Below the pieces are notes generated by a model, which saw only the letters and a program-made list of their open reading frames with translations, had not been told where the DNA came from and searched no databases. A DNA stretch of 64,000 bases. Source: an uncultured Gallionella sp. (lineage in GTDB: Bacteria; Pseudomonadota; Gammaproteobacteria; Burkholderiales; Gallionellaceae). The stretch lies in the NCBI GenBank assembly GCA_964355765.1, contig CAYHEM010000005.1, positions 33,495-97,494 on the forward strand, in the 5' to 3' direction. Shown here in pieces: positions 61,842 to 64,000 of this stretch. Both the position numbers and the translations under genes were made by a program. The number at the start of each line of letters is the position of its first letter. Position 1 is the stretch's first letter.

Positions 61842-64000
<2,159 letters not shown>

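Overview
This is a 64-kb chromosomal window, mid-50s % GC by eye (not computed). Gene content and local synteny look betaproteobacterial: an earP-efp pair, pilC-pilD-coaE-zapD-yacG, argJ-secA, and a DUF721/DciA-type gene next to an M23 peptidase. I call about 60 protein-coding genes. Most are housekeeping (acs, ilvD, lgt, secA, recG, pgm, rpiA, phoU-ppx, serB, coaBC-dut, proS, ychF, dbpA, clpB), and a MacAB-type efflux module sits at the left edge. I recognised no rRNA, tRNA, CRISPR array, integrase or intact transposase. The unusual content falls into four groups. (i) At three loci (acs/Nudix, ilvD, pilD) an intact gene terminus is followed by a short hairpin-bearing spacer and a displaced, still in-frame, allele-like copy of the same terminus. 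Two of these are 174-bp and 137-bp tandem arrays. (ii) A family of intercistronic purine-arm/pyrimidine-arm imperfect palindromes occurs at four same-strand gene junctions. (iii) There are several REP/REPIN/MITE-like elements, one of them in frame inside coaBC. (iv) A ~6.4-kb accessory islet lies between ychF and dbpA. It carries an ABC-class ATPase of unknown function, a tightly packed (partly overlapping) four-gene operon headed by a stand-alone J-domain protein followed by three proteins I cannot assign, and a decayed P-type ATPase fragment. The J-domain operon and the gene-terminus duplication architecture are my best candidates for something undescribed. Both rest on reading the sequence only; no searches were run.
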